A stretch of 63,719 nt of DNA, filler included, from Asterionella formosa (GCA_002256025.1; 13 parts of 13 records of this genome joined end to end with filler, not necessarily neighbours in it), one strand, 5' to 3'; counted from the first letter of the whole stretch, positions 11,240 to 23,004 are shown. The notes: a model not told the origin generated them from the sequence alone. Numbers and translations: made by a program.

Positions 11240-12736
11240 ATGATACATGGGTTATCGTGCAAGTTTCTCCTGATTGCATCACTGTTGTTAGCGATTGCAT
11301 TTGCGTGGATTGAGCGACCATTCATACTGAACCGTGGCAGCAGCAGAGCATCGTGTTCATCGAAATTTACGAATCTGCAGGCCTTGTCAAGTTCTGATTG
11401 GGACGAAGGCTACAAAAAATTTCTTCAATTTATTGAACGCGAAGGGCACTCCCATGTCAATTTACAGTGCGCTGAGCTTGCCTTGTGGGTGAGGAATCAA
11501 CGTCGCTATTATAAGCAGTACCAAGCTGGGGACTCGTCGCCGCTAACTTCGGAGCGTTTGCAACTACTGCGATCAGCCAACTTCACCTTTGACGTTGACG
11601 AAGAAAGATGGCTATGCCATTATCGAGATTTATGTCAATATATACAAGAACATGGGCATTGTAGAGTTCCCCTGACCTACTCGTCCCTTGGTCAATGGGT
11701 TAGCCTGCAGCGAATGCAATACAAGAAGAAACGAGTCAGCGGCATTAATGGAACTCTCACAGAAGAGCGTATCGAATTGCTTCAACAGCAAAATTTTATT
11801 TGGGATGTGAGTACTTGGGTCTTTGACCAGAGAATTCTTGAGCTGAAAAACTTTACTGAGGCTGGTGGACAACTCTGCGACATCAAATCATCGGACGGCG
11901 AGATTGGAAAATGGCTGGCCACACAGAAGAAAGAATACAAAAAATATCTCTTGAATCAGACGAATAAATTGACTATGTATCACTTGAGTGCCTTGGAAGG
12001 TGTTGGGTTTACACCCAACCTTATCAAAATTGATGGGCAAATAAAAGACCCAGTTGACATTGATTGGGCCGATCGCATGCACGAATTAACAATATTTTAT
12101 GAAGAACATGGGCACACCATAGTACCACGAGGTGGGGCAGGTTCGTTGGGGCAATGGGTGCGTAAAGTTCGAGAACGCATGGGATCTGGCAAGGGAGGAG
12201 GCAGAACTTGTCCCTCAAAACAATCTCGGATCCAAGACTTGGAGCGTGTTAACTTTATTTGGGACCCTTTGGCGTATAGGTGGGATAGGCAATATCATAA
12301 TTTATTGCAGTATCGTCGAGACCATGGTCATTGCAATGTCCCGTCGGCTCATTCTGATTTGGGTTTGTGGGTGTCGACACAGCGGCGGGAATATGCCAAA
12401 TTATGTGCAGGGAATTTCAGTCAAATGAGTGCGTCTAGACTAGAACGTTTGGAGAAAGCTGGCTTTGAGTGGTCGAGAGTACCTGTTGTTATTTCTCGGA
12501 ATGAAAAGCAATTTCAGAACCACGTTCAAAACTATCTCGAATGGAGAAAGGCAGATGGTGCTGCACCGTCTAGGACGCTAGAATTGTGGATGGAACGCCA
12601 CCGATCAAAATATCGCAAGTGGCTTCGCGGTGAATTCAATGCCTTGAGAGAGGATCGACGAGCCATACTGGAAGAGATTGGTCTCGTTCAAGATATTCAG
12701 TCCATGGGAACATGGAAAGTAAACATTTCGTCTTAG
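11240..12736 (+). CDS. Helicase-associated (HA) domain repeat protein with signal peptide, probably plastid-targeted
   Basis: About six repeats of W...L..Y..EHGHC.VP....LG.WV..QR......L..ER...LE...F.W. Leader FLLIASLLLAIAFA-WI. Confidence 0.85.
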   Translation: MIHGLSCKFLLIASLLLAIAFAWIERPFILNRGSSRASCSSKFTNLQALSSSDWDEGYKKFLQFIEREGHSHVNLQCAELALWVRNQRRYYKQYQAGDSSPLTSERLQLLRSANFTFDVDEERWLCHYRDLCQYIQEHGHCRVPLTYSSLGQWVSLQRMQYKKKRVSGINGTLTEERIELLQQQNFIWDVSTWVFDQRILELKNFTEAGGQLCDIKSSDGEIGKWLATQKKEYKKYLLNQTNKLTMYHLSALEGVGFTPNLIKIDGQIKDPVDIDWADRMHELTIFYEEHGHTIVPRGGAGSLGQWVRKVRERMGSGKGGGRTCPSKQSRIQDLERVNFIWDPLAYRWDRQYHNLLQYRRDHGHCNVPSAHSDLGLWVSTQRREYAKLCAGNFSQMSASRLERLEKAGFEWSRVPVVISRNEKQFQNHVQNYLEWRKADGAAPSRTLELWMERHRSKYRKWLRGEFNALREDRRAILEEIGLVQDIQSMGTWKVNISS

Positions 12737-12827
12737 GTTAAAAGTTGTGTTCATTATTTAGCAAGGGTTCTGACTGCCCGCATGTGTTGAAACCTCTCGT
12801 CGAGGACTACTGCTGTGATCCAGCTTG

Positions 12828-13539
12828 TTAATTATTGAGACTGACCGCACAGATGCTGCTCTTAAATCTTGATTTGTTGTTGTCGGTGTTCTTGTCCAAT
12901 CTGGTGTTGAAACTCACATAAACGACAGTGTTCTTTTCCTGGTCATAGATACGCTGAACTCGTAAAGTCTTGAATAGCAAGCTCTTCGCCTCTTCGAAGA
13001 CCTCCTCATTCATTTTGATATTGTCTGCAACACTGACTGGACCAGTCTTGGCACACGAGACACTGGCGTATGAAGGATCTGAGAAAAAATCCTTCTGAAG
13101 GCGCTCATTTAGTGGACGTTGAAAGTTGCTAATATACAAAGTGACCCCCTTGACTTTGGGGTCGTCAAAGGATTCTACCGAGAGCGTATCCTGTTGTAAA
13201 TGCAAAATGTTTTGAGAGGCAAGTTGACGCATGAAATGCATCGCAGATACAACAATACACCAGGCTCACCTTGAAAATCAAACCACTGCCTTGGATTTCT
13301 CCAATCAATCGAGACTCGGCTGCATGTACTGGTTGAACTAACAACGGACCAAAAGCTCCTGTAGCCAATGAAAATGCGGTCAATCCAGAAACAACGCCGG
13401 TCATGACATGATCGAATGGAGTTTTTTGACCTGACAGGGTAGTTATTGATAGTGTACCGAACCTTGCTCTACTAATTGTGGGTGAAAATGCAAAGGCCGA
13501 CGACACAAGAAGTGCGAGCAGGGCGGTAGCTGTCTTCAT
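12828..13539 (-). CDS. CreA-family protein, plastid (possibly thylakoid lumen) targeted; 2 exons (13539-13270, 13190-12828)
   Basis: A 79-nt GT..AG intron at 13269-13191 joins LIFK to DTLSVESFDDPKVKGVTLYIS. DPSYASVSCAKTGP and VFEEAKSLLFKTLRVQRIYD are CreA-like. Leader SSAFA-FSP. Confidence 0.8.
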
Positions 13540-14111
13540 CGTGTTGCGGTTTCAACAGTATGGTACCAGGTACCGTACACTGTTTCAGGCGAAATGAGCA
13601 TGAACAAATCGTTTTGCCTCGTTGAGGATAGTTTCATAGTGTCCGTTCAATCCACTTCAAAAGAAGCTCTCGGTTGTACTACGAGTACCAGGTGGGACTT
13701 AAGTGCGTCATCTCTGGCTGTACATGATGATAGTACGTTCTTTGGTGTTGGTGTGGTAGAAAATGTAGCACCGCTGTATGTATTTATTTACCGGTATACG
13801 TGTGATCATTGTACTGAATCATTTGGGATTCTTTCTTCCAACATACGTAGCTACCGGTAAAGGCAGGAAGTACCGGGAACTTGGTTACCTAATTTTGTGC
13901 GCAGGCAACAGGTGTGTGTGTTTATTTATTCATGTATGAATATATAATATTGAAATCTTTTTGATACATGTGGTGTAGTACTACAGGTATGTATCTCTAA
14001 ATAATTATTTATTATTATGTACGTTTATGAGTAATATACCGGTATGTTTATCACGACAATGATGAGCAGATTTTAGAATGCGAGCGAACAATTCATCGAA
14101 ACGACACAACA

Positions 14112-15661
14112 ATGAATCACACCAACAGCGACCTTGGGGAACCCATCCTTCCCGTCAATGGCCTCGGTCATAGGCCTACAGAATCCAATGTATTGTACAC
14201 TCCCGTTTCACTCGCGGAAGAATCCACTTCGCTAATCCTTCCTCGAGACGAACAAGTCCGATCCACAGTGATGAATTTCACCTTTATGGCAATATTGTTT
14301 AGTGCCAATCATGGATGCACCGTGGCTTGTCTAAGTCTCGCCACGGCACGTTTGGGATCTCTTGGTGCTTGGCAATCGGGTACTTTGTATTTAACATATA
14401 CTGCATCAGCAGTATTGGGAGCAACCTACGTGACGAAAAAGTTGGGTGGGAGGAATGCCATGATAGGAGGAATGACACTCTGTGAGATTTGCAACACCTA
14501 TGTGCTCGTGAACGTTTCTAACTCGTGGTGATTCACGCTGAACTTGCCTTCCCACTTTCTTACTAACTCTTTCCTTTTTTCCTAGATTGCATCTACGTTG
14601 CATGCTTCTTGGTAGCTACAACGTTTAAGGATCAAAGTCGAATCGCAGCAATTACAGGAGCCGCCATTGGAGGTATAGGCGGGGGTGTCTTATGGACAGC
14701 ACAAGGATCATACTTTACGCAAGTTTCCGATATATTCGCTCAACAATCTCAACAAGATGTGAAGGAAAGTACCACCTATTTAGCTGGCATTTTCGCGTTC
14801 ATCTATCTGTCGGAAGAAGTCATGCTACGTACTTTGTCCACATTTTTGATGCAATTTGGTTTTTCATGGTCTACCATTTTTGCTGTTTATTCTTCTGTTG
14901 CTGTGGTAGCAACCATGATGATGCTTCTGGTAAAAGATTACCCTACTTCCGACTCTTCTGCAAGCACTGTCTGGTACAAGGTAACAGCAGCAGCTCAGTT
15001 GCTATGGAACGATCCAAAAATGAAGTACATGATTGGTCTCAATGCTGTATTTGGCTTCGCTGGAGCTTTTTTGAATTCTTATGTTAATGGGGAAGTGGTC
15101 AGTGTTGCTTTGAATGACCAAGATTCAAAATATGTTGGAATTCTATCAGGTTGGCTGGCAGCTGTTGCAGCAGTCATGAGTTTAGTCTTTTCGCGTGTCA
15201 CCAACAAGGGAGCTGTCCTGATTGGAGGGGCACTCTGCTTCTTTGGTGTTGCCTTCCCATTTATCGTTCAACCGAATACAGAGAAAATGGGATGGGGTAC
15301 TTTGATTTTGATCTACACATTGCAAGGAACTGGACGAGCAACATTTGAAGCAACACTCAAAGCCACATTTGCTGATTATTTTGCTTTTGAGAAAGAAGGA
15401 GCATTTGCCAACATCATTCTTCAAAATGGACTCTCCAGCGCAATTGGATATGTGCTGACATTTTGGTTGCTATGCTCAAAACCTAGCCAATACTGTGTTG
15501 AGTACCGTGACAGCAGTCTCCATGATGTCCTCTCTTTTGAAGTGTTGGTATGTGGCACAGCAATTCTGGCCATTCTAGGTTATTGGCGAGCATCATACTT
15601 AAGCAAGATGGAACAAGGACAAGCTGAGTTGGTCTTCAATGAGGCCTCTCAAGTTTCATAG
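14112..15661 (+). CDS. UNC-93-like MFS membrane protein; 2 exons (14112-14481, 14586-15661)
   Basis: A 104-nt GT..AG intron at 14482-14585 restores the frame (GGMTL-Y-CIYVACFL). Motif GIGGGVLWTAQGSY and multiple TM helices. Confidence 0.8.
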
Positions 15662-16083
15662 GCTGAGTATGCATCATTGTTCAAGCTGTAAAAGCTTTAA
15701 AAATTGGTGCAGCTTTGACAAAGCACTGCAGATCTATTGGTTTGCATAGTAAAAACGTATTCCTTCCAAATTTTATTGTAGACTATCATAGACAATTCTA
15801 CCTATTTTACCAGGCATGAGTTTCAGGTCTGTGTTGGAAGGGTTTCTTTCATGTCATCATTTTTTATAAATGTAACCTAGATTTATGTACATACTACATG
15901 TAACTATATAAGAAATTAACAGGATTTACTACCAGTAAAATAAAGAGTTTTCTTGGTGTAAGGTATTCATCGAGCATTTAGAATTGCTTCTTTGCAATTG
16001 CCTAATACACGCAGCGACTGTGTACTGGTATAACCAATTGCTTTCATTGATTTGCTTCCTTAGGACCCAACAACGAAAGCAAG

Positions 16084-18141
16084 ATGACGGCTTACAGTAA
16101 TCCCACGGCTCGAAGTGGTGAAGCAGGTGCAGCAGTCATCACTGCCGAGAAGGAAGCTCAGATTATTTTGCCTCCTCCCACACCGCTGAATCCTGTTCCG
16201 GCTTTGACCGTAGCGCTACGAATTGACAATCGCGAGCAGCTTCTCACCTTTTTACAGTCAGTTTCAGGGAGACAGTTGCTCATATTTGAAAATGAAGGGT
16301 TGCGAACATTGTTGCTGCGACAGGTTCTTTCCGATCCCAATGCTCGCGTGTTCCATGGAAAGAAGAACTGGGATTCCCAAGGCGTGTTCCCACTTCCTGC
16401 TGGTCTCGCCATTGTAGGAACTCATCTGCTGTCGGCGACCGAAACAGGTTTTGCAACGAGTACTGATTCGACTGAGACTGGTGCGGAAGTGAGTCTCCTT
16501 CAAGATGATTGGGACATGTCAGTTGATGTCGTTTCATATTTCCTCCGGCCATGCAATTTGTCCAAGACAACTACTATTTCACAACGAATTATAAATTGGA
16601 CGAGGCCTAGGACTCATCATCGTATTGTGTATATACCGCAAGCGACAGCCATTTGCCACAAGCTACTAGCGAATTCAGGAATGACGTCGGCTCCCAATGT
16701 TTCAATTCATCGATTGCAGTTGGATGTCTTCCCTCTAGAAAATGATGTTCTAAGTTTGGAATATCCAGATGCAATGAAGGAAACAGAAGTAGATGGTATT
16801 CCAAGTTCGTTGATAACTACTGTTGCTCGGTCTCTACTCAAGATTCAAGATGTCGTTGGCAGAATTCCGCGTGTCCAAGCCCTTGGAGTTCTGGGTGAGG
16901 AAGTGGTAAAGAAGATGATGACTCTGACATTGGAAGAATCCTTAATGTCTCCAGAATCAGTATCTTCGGAAGAAGGTGAAATCGCGGCTATGCTGATAAT
17001 GGACCGCAAGGTTGATATGGTCACTCCAATGTTGACTCCGCTAACTTATGAGGGACTCCTAGATGAGGTTGTGGGCCTCCAATGCGGGTTTATGAATGTC
17101 GATCTTGAAGTCATCAACCCAGAGAGCGAGGAATCCGAAAAGGTCGCACTGGCAGTAACTGGAGGCGATACTCTCTTTCACGAAGTCCGAGATCAACATG
17201 TTGAAAAATTTGGGAGTTTCCTTCAAAACCAAGCCAAGGCCTTGCAAGAATCACATGCCAATTTTACTAACAAAGAAAAGAAAAAGGATCTTACCGAGAT
17301 TCACCAGTTTGTCAAGAATATTCCAATATTCACAAAAAACCTAAGATCATTGACTAACCACATTCATTTGGCTGAACTTGTCAAGGCCTTGACAGAGGAA
17401 TCGGGTTTTCGTGAACAATGGCAAACTGAACGAAGCATTGTGGAAGGAGAAGCATGTTTTGACATCTTGGAGGAATGGATTGCATGCCAATACCCTCCTT
17501 ACCGTATTTTGAAGTTGTTGTGTCTGCAGTCCATTTGTAGTGGTGGTATCAAGTCATCAAGATATGATTCTATTCGACGAGATGTTGTTCAAGCATATGG
17601 CTTAGATTTTTTGTTTGTGTTAAATAACTTGGAAAAGGCAGGCTTGTTGCGTCGTCGTGATTGGATGGACTCAGCAAGTCCTTTTAGTACCTTGCGCAAG
17701 TCCCTGATTTTGATCAATGCTGAAGTGGACCCAGTAGAGCCTGATGACATTTCCTATGTTTCTAGCGGGTACGCTCCATTGTCAGTTCGATTGGTGCAAA
17801 CCGCCATGAAGGGATGGATTGGTAAGGAAGATCTTCTTCGAGAGTTGCCAGGAAGACTTGTTGATGTGATGCAGCAATATCCACCTATTGATTTTGCAGC
17901 TTCAATGAGACAAAATGGAGGAATTATGACTCACCTGGGTGCATTCGCAGAGAAGAAGAAGGGTGACAATAATGGTAGGAAACCCACACTGCTGGTTGTC
18001 TATGTTGGTGGATTGACATATATGGAAATAGCTGCACTTCGTTTCTTGAGTAAGCGTGCATCCTTCCCTTATCATATCATTGCGGTGGCAACAAAGATAG
18101 TGAATGGTGGCAGTCTGTTGCACTGTCTTGGTAGCAAGTAG
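16084..18141 (+). CDS. VPS33: Vacuolar protein sorting 33 (Sec1/Munc18 family; HOPS/CORVET subunit)
   Basis: PLENDVLSLE, IMDRKVDMVTPMLTPLTYEGLLDE, LTNHIHLAE, DISYVSSGYAPLSVRLVQ and YVGGLTYMEIAALRFL. Confidence 0.93.
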   Translation: MTAYSNPTARSGEAGAAVITAEKEAQIILPPPTPLNPVPALTVALRIDNREQLLTFLQSVSGRQLLIFENEGLRTLLLRQVLSDPNARVFHGKKNWDSQGVFPLPAGLAIVGTHLLSATETGFATSTDSTETGAEVSLLQDDWDMSVDVVSYFLRPCNLSKTTTISQRIINWTRPRTHHRIVYIPQATAICHKLLANSGMTSAPNVSIHRLQLDVFPLENDVLSLEYPDAMKETEVDGIPSSLITTVARSLLKIQDVVGRIPRVQALGVLGEEVVKKMMTLTLEESLMSPESVSSEEGEIAAMLIMDRKVDMVTPMLTPLTYEGLLDEVVGLQCGFMNVDLEVINPESEESEKVALAVTGGDTLFHEVRDQHVEKFGSFLQNQAKALQESHANFTNKEKKKDLTEIHQFVKNIPIFTKNLRSLTNHIHLAELVKALTEESGFREQWQTERSIVEGEACFDILEEWIACQYPPYRILKLLCLQSICSGGIKSSRYDSIRRDVVQAYGLDFLFVLNNLEKAGLLRRRDWMDSASPFSTLRKSLILINAEVDPVEPDDISYVSSGYAPLSVRLVQTAMKGWIGKEDLLRELPGRLVDVMQQYPPIDFAASMRQNGGIMTHLGAFAEKKKGDNNGRKPTLLVVYVGGLTYMEIAALRFLSKRASFPYHIIAVATKIVNGGSLLHCLGSK

Positions 18142-20585
18142 GTAATTCAAAGATAGCAAAAATCATGAGGGAAATACTCCCTCTGTGTTGAAAATTTTTG
18201 TCCACTATAATCTGAAACAAAATCCTATATAATTATCAAGATAACAACCCCCCCCCTCCATATAATGTAAACAACAATCAACACAAATCAAAACACACCC
18301 ATGGAGCATACCAAATATGTCCAAATCTTCATTTTCAAGTCTACACATGTACTTTGGAGATGGGAACTGTCATCATCCCACAACCTCTGTCCCAAATTTT
18401 CTTATGCTTTTGGGCCGCCCAAAAACGCTGTGCTCAGTATTGTTGGTCAATCTTTTTCTTTGTCTTTGTAATAAGAATAGCATGATACGAATGCTTTTGC
18501 GAAAAGCTTGCAAGAACAGAACATACCATCAGCCTCATACTTACAGAAATGAAAGTGTTCATGTACCCGCATGGCATTTACATCCATTACTGAAAGGAGG
18601 AAGGAGGAATGCTAACACTCTATTAGGCCACCGTTTTGTTGCCCATACCACTTCCAAACTGATGGGGAAGGCCTCTTTGCATTAAAGTGATCAAGCATGT
18701 CGAAATCTGTGGTGGCTGTAGAAAATCTCTGTTTATGTAATCTGTTTTTGGCCTTTATGACCAATGTTGTGCTTTTGCTGATAATTGTCCTACATGTTTT
18801 CATTTAGTGCTTCAACCATCCGCCTTGCTTAGTACTTCATGAAAGAGTTCAGGATGCTCAGAATCTGGCCAAATTGTCTAGCCAGTTGCTTTGAGAATTG
18901 CATCAAATAGATCTTGAGACTTGAGGGGATTTAGCCAAAATGGGGCATTGGCGAAATTGATGGCGAGGTGATTTAGCCAACATGAGGCATTAGCGAAATT
19001 GTTTGCAGGCAGAAGCGACCAAAGATCTTGCTGTTTTCTTCCCTGCATAATTCAATCCATCTGAGTAGTATCTCACCATAGATTGCTTATAGGTTTGCCC
19101 TCCATCTTTTGATTAATGATAAGCAAAATTTTATCTTTGAAAAACTCAGAAAGGAAGAATATTAAGAAGAACTGGAAGGCGGTAGACTTCAAATGAATTG
19201 GAAATGATGACAATTATGGATTGTTACTTTTTGATGCATTCAACTTTCTTTTCTCCTATAGCAAATTCCGGAATGCCCCCACTCATAATCAAACAAATTG
19301 TTTGCGACTTCATTGTGACAAATATTTTTTCAGGTGCTGGGTTATTGCTTGCTAACATCAATATCAACAAATCCAGCTGGAATGATGGAAACATCATCAG
19401 CATCATGAACTGTGCCAGTACACTTGACAAGTTCTAGGAGCTCTGAAGGCATCACTTCACCTTCTGCTGCCACCTCAAGTATGTAATCACCTTAACTAAA
19501 TTAAACATATCCTGGTGGCTCACTTTCATCAATGATATCGAATTGATTTTCAAGACCATACAGTTCACTTGTATCAGCATCAGACCAACCACAGTCCTGG
19601 GAGCTGGGACTACAATGATAGCCACAATCTCTTGACCTCTAATGTTATTGAGCTCCTTCCACAGCTAACATTTTTCCAAGTCAGTGACCCTTTTAAGTAT
19701 TCACATGATGATTTCGAACCCACAGTGATGGGTGAATGTATTTGGAAAGGAATCAAATGACAGCACCTTTGCCCTTTATCAACAATTTTTGTTTTCACGC
19801 CATCCTGCAGAGAAAATTATGGTATGCAGGCTTTTCTTATGTAACTGAATTTATTTATAAACCTAGAACCCAGAATTCTGTAGTTATAGATTACCTTTCA
19901 GAAATTAAAAATTGCCAGTAAGATAACTTGCTCTGCGTAGAATTTCCATGCAAGAGGCAGGAACAGGGACAGGGACAGGGTAGTAGTGTTAGTAATGTTA
20001 GTATGATAGCTTGAAGGGCTTTTTGTTTGATTAGCAGGAGATCATAGCACANNNNNNNNNNNNNNNNNNNNNNNNNNNNNNNNNNNNNNNNNNNNNNNNN
20101 NNNNNNNNNNNNNNNNNNNNNNNNNNNNNNNNNNNNNNNNNNNNNNNNNNNNNNNNNNNNNNNNNNNNNNNNNNNNNNNNNNNNNNNNNNNNNNNNNNNN
20201 NNNNNNNNNNNNNNNNNNNNNNNNNNNNNNNNNNNNNNNNNNNNNNNNNNNNNNNNNNNNNNNNNNNNNNNNNNNNNNNNNNNNNNNNNNNNNNNNNNNN
20301 NNNNNNNNNNNNNNNNNNNNNNNNNNNNNNNNNNNNNNNNNNNNNNNNNNNNNNNNNNNNNNNNNNNNNNNNNNNNNNNNNNNNNNNNNNNNNNNNNNNN
20401 NNNNNNNNNNNNNNNNNNNNNNNNNNNNNNNNNNNNNNNNNNNNNNNNNNNNNNNNNNNNNNNNNNNNNNNNNNNNNNNNNNNNNNNNNNNNNNNNNNNN
20501 NNNNNNNNNNNNNNNNNNNNNNNNNNNNNNTGCCTTATTGGGTGAACAATCATACTAAGTTAGATAACTGTCATGTCAGCCAACT

Positions 20586-20783
20586 CATCAGGAGGGTAAA
20601 ACTAACCTGTTTCACATCGGTCTAAACCATATTCACATTCCCTGTTATTGGTTGAACAATCCTACACTTGGTGACTTCTAAGACAAAATGATAGGAAGGG
20701 CCGACATTGAAGATTCAAAATGCAATGTTACTTTGAACGCTTCGCTGCCGCAAGCCAGTAATCCCTGTGGTAACTTTTCTGAC
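20586..20783 (-). pseudogene. Degenerate fragment of nuclear LSU (28S) rRNA, domain V
   Basis: The reverse complement reads GTCAGAAAAGTTACCACAGGGATTACTGGCTTG...CTTCCTATCATT...GGATTGTTCA...GGTTTAGACCG..GTGAAACAGGTTAGTTTTACCCT. This is the conserved eukaryotic PTC region with many substitutions, and the flanks are not rDNA. Confidence 0.85.
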
Positions 20784-21267
20784 CTTCGCAGCGCCAGGGT
20801 TGACAAGGGTTACCACTCATACAGTCAACCTACTTGTGCTACCCAACCTTGCACCTGAGTCAAGAGACAACCTTGGGCGTGTATTGGCTTCAGCAATGAT
20901 ATCATCATGCCCCAGATAAAAGTTTTAATGTACAAAAACATGATTTGTGTGTTTATACAAGAGCCAATTTGTCTTATATTTTCTCCCACCATTGGAAAGA
21001 GAATTGTTTCACCCAAACAACTTGAATGAGGTTGTTCATGTTGTGGTTGGAGATTTGGTCAAGCGGGCGGACCTCATTGATTTTGTCACTCCAAGGATAA
21101 GTAAGGAAGCCACTCCAAATCTCGCATTGGCTCATCGACCACTCACTAGCATATGTAGAGATTGAGTCAACACAAGAACATGTCATCAAAAATGTAACTA
21201 TGGATTAAGGAGTAGAGAAACTTTAAAAATGTGCCGAAATCATAAAATTAACAAATATTAAAGTTCG

Positions 21268-23004
21268 CTATGATTTTACCATAGCAGCCTCCATGGCCTT
21301 GATAATGGCACTTGTATCTAGTCGAAAGTCTCCAAATGTGTCTGTGGGGGAAGATTGAGGACGATTTTGAACCCACTCTTCAATCTCACGCTTCGTTTGT
21401 CCATGGAGCCATTGACTCTCTTCTCGCTGTAACCTCAATTGGTAAAGCCTTTCATTCAGAACTGTTTCCTCGATTTTTACTTGCTGGCTACGAGCCGTGA
21501 CTTCGGCATCCGTCAAGAATACACTAAAGCCTTCTGATGCTTCAAACGCAGACTGCTTTTCATTATTTTCCATGGGTTTTTGAAGCATGCTTAGCAGGGC
21601 CTTGCCGGAATTTTCCAGTGGAATGTTATTACTTTTCTTGGACTTCCCCGGTTTCTTTTGCTGCGTGAAAGTTTCCACAGTCGGCTGTATTTTGGGAACA
21701 GCAGCGACAGGTTCAATCCAGGGGGAATCCTCCACAAAGAATGGCTGAAGGACTATATGATCTCCATCGTCACAGGCTCCTTCTGGCCGAAACAGAGGTT
21801 GCAAGCGACTCTTGTCAGGTGGAGGCGCCAAACTCGCAATACCACCTCCACTATTCATAAAGCCACCACCAACGACATGAAATTCGTGCGGGTCGATGCC
21901 ATCAAATCCTTTTTCAGCAAAGTGATGAGGACTTCCGTTGTAAGTAATTTTGCGCCCCAAAATTGTTTCATTCGCCTTGAACATGTCATCCTCTGTCCAT
22001 CCAATTTCTTCTCCAGGTTGAGCCAAGCCAGCAACAATGAGGGCATCATCCTCGCGGACCTTTCCGCGACTGTCACGACCTCGTGAACTGTTCCGTGAAT
22101 TTGGTTTCTTGGCACTTCCGCTTCGTTTTTTGGCCGGAGTTTTATTCTTCTTTGCGCCATTTTTATTGTTACTTTGTTTGACCCATCGTTTAAGTTGCTG
22201 AATGAATGGAAAGACAGCAAAAGACTTTTTGGGAAGATCATCAAAGGAATGCCATCCAACTTCCGAAACTTCCTTTCTGGCCACTGGCTCAAAGGGGAAA
22301 TCTTCTGGGACACCACGGCATACATAGAGGGTCCGACGTTTCCCTCCGTCCACAACGACCAAACCATCGTCTTCATCGAGAGATGGCTTCCAAGGTAGTC
22401 GTGTTCCTTTCGCGTCGGCTTCGTCCTTCATTTGCTTCGTGAGACCATAGAAGCAGTGGGGGTCAAAACCAGTCTCTTCGTATGTTTCTCTCGCTCCTGC
22501 ATCTCTTCCAGTTTCATTCTGGTTGACTTTCCCAGCAGGGAACGTCCATGAATTTCCAAAGTACATTTGACAGAGGATCATCTTGTCACCAGCTGCATTC
22601 AACAAAATTGTGCCATAGGTGGATATGGTTCGCTTATAATGCGTGAATTCCTCCCACATTTGATCAAAGTTGTTGTAATCCAGGAGAGGACTTATCTGAA
22701 ACATTTTCTGGGCAAAGGGTCTTAAACTCTTGAATCTCGGAATGTCCAGTTCCGATCGATCACATATGAAATCATCGTAAAACCAGTAGGCTTGTTCCAG
22801 TTGAAAGAAGATGCGATCACTACTCGCAAGTTCTTCATCTGGGAGATTAAGGACAAATCGAGTGTGTACATCATCCAAGGCGTCTTCGTAGGCTATGTTG
22901 ATGGCACTAGTTGCAGCAGTTGTAGCCTGGCAATTAGTAACGGTAGCGTCGTTGTTGGCCATGTCGGAGTCTGAATAAAACGCTGATGGAGAGTCACTCG
23001 ACAT
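21268..23004 (-). CDS. DCP2: mRNA-decapping enzyme catalytic subunit
   Basis: Box A (DDVHTRFVLNLP...RIFFQLEQAYWFYDDF) plus Nudix box WTFPAGKVNQNETGRDAGARETYEETGFD. Confidence 0.93.
   Translation of the reverse strand: MSSDSPSAFYSDSDMANNDATVTNCQATTAATSAINIAYEDALDDVHTRFVLNLPDEELASSDRIFFQLEQAYWFYDDFICDRSELDIPRFKSLRPFAQKMFQISPLLDYNNFDQMWEEFTHYKRTISTYGTILLNAAGDKMILCQMYFGNSWTFPAGKVNQNETGRDAGARETYEETGFDPHCFYGLTKQMKDEADAKGTRLPWKPSLDEDDGLVVVDGGKRRTLYVCRGVPEDFPFEPVARKEVSEVGWHSFDDLPKKSFAVFPFIQQLKRWVKQSNNKNGAKKNKTPAKKRSGSAKKPNSRNSSRGRDSRGKVREDDALIVAGLAQPGEEIGWTEDDMFKANETILGRKITYNGSPHHFAEKGFDGIDPHEFHVVGGGFMNSGGGIASLAPPPDKSRLQPLFRPEGACDDGDHIVLQPFFVEDSPWIEPVAAVPKIQPTVETFTQQKKPGKSKKSNNIPLENSGKALLSMLQKPMENNEKQSAFEASEGFSVFLTDAEVTARSQQVKIEETVLNERLYQLRLQREESQWLHGQTKREIEEWVQNRPQSSPTDTFGDFRLDTSAIIKAMEAAMVKS

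Noticed and set aside
1760..11313. Long ORFs running through N gaps (e.g. 1760-2392, 3846-4529, 9701-11140, 10393-11313)
   Set aside because: Artefacts of translating N runs, or antisense shadows of real genes.
20586..20783. Functional rRNA gene
   Set aside because: Only about 200 bp, mutated at invariant PTC positions, with non-rDNA flanks; kept as a pseudogene fragment.
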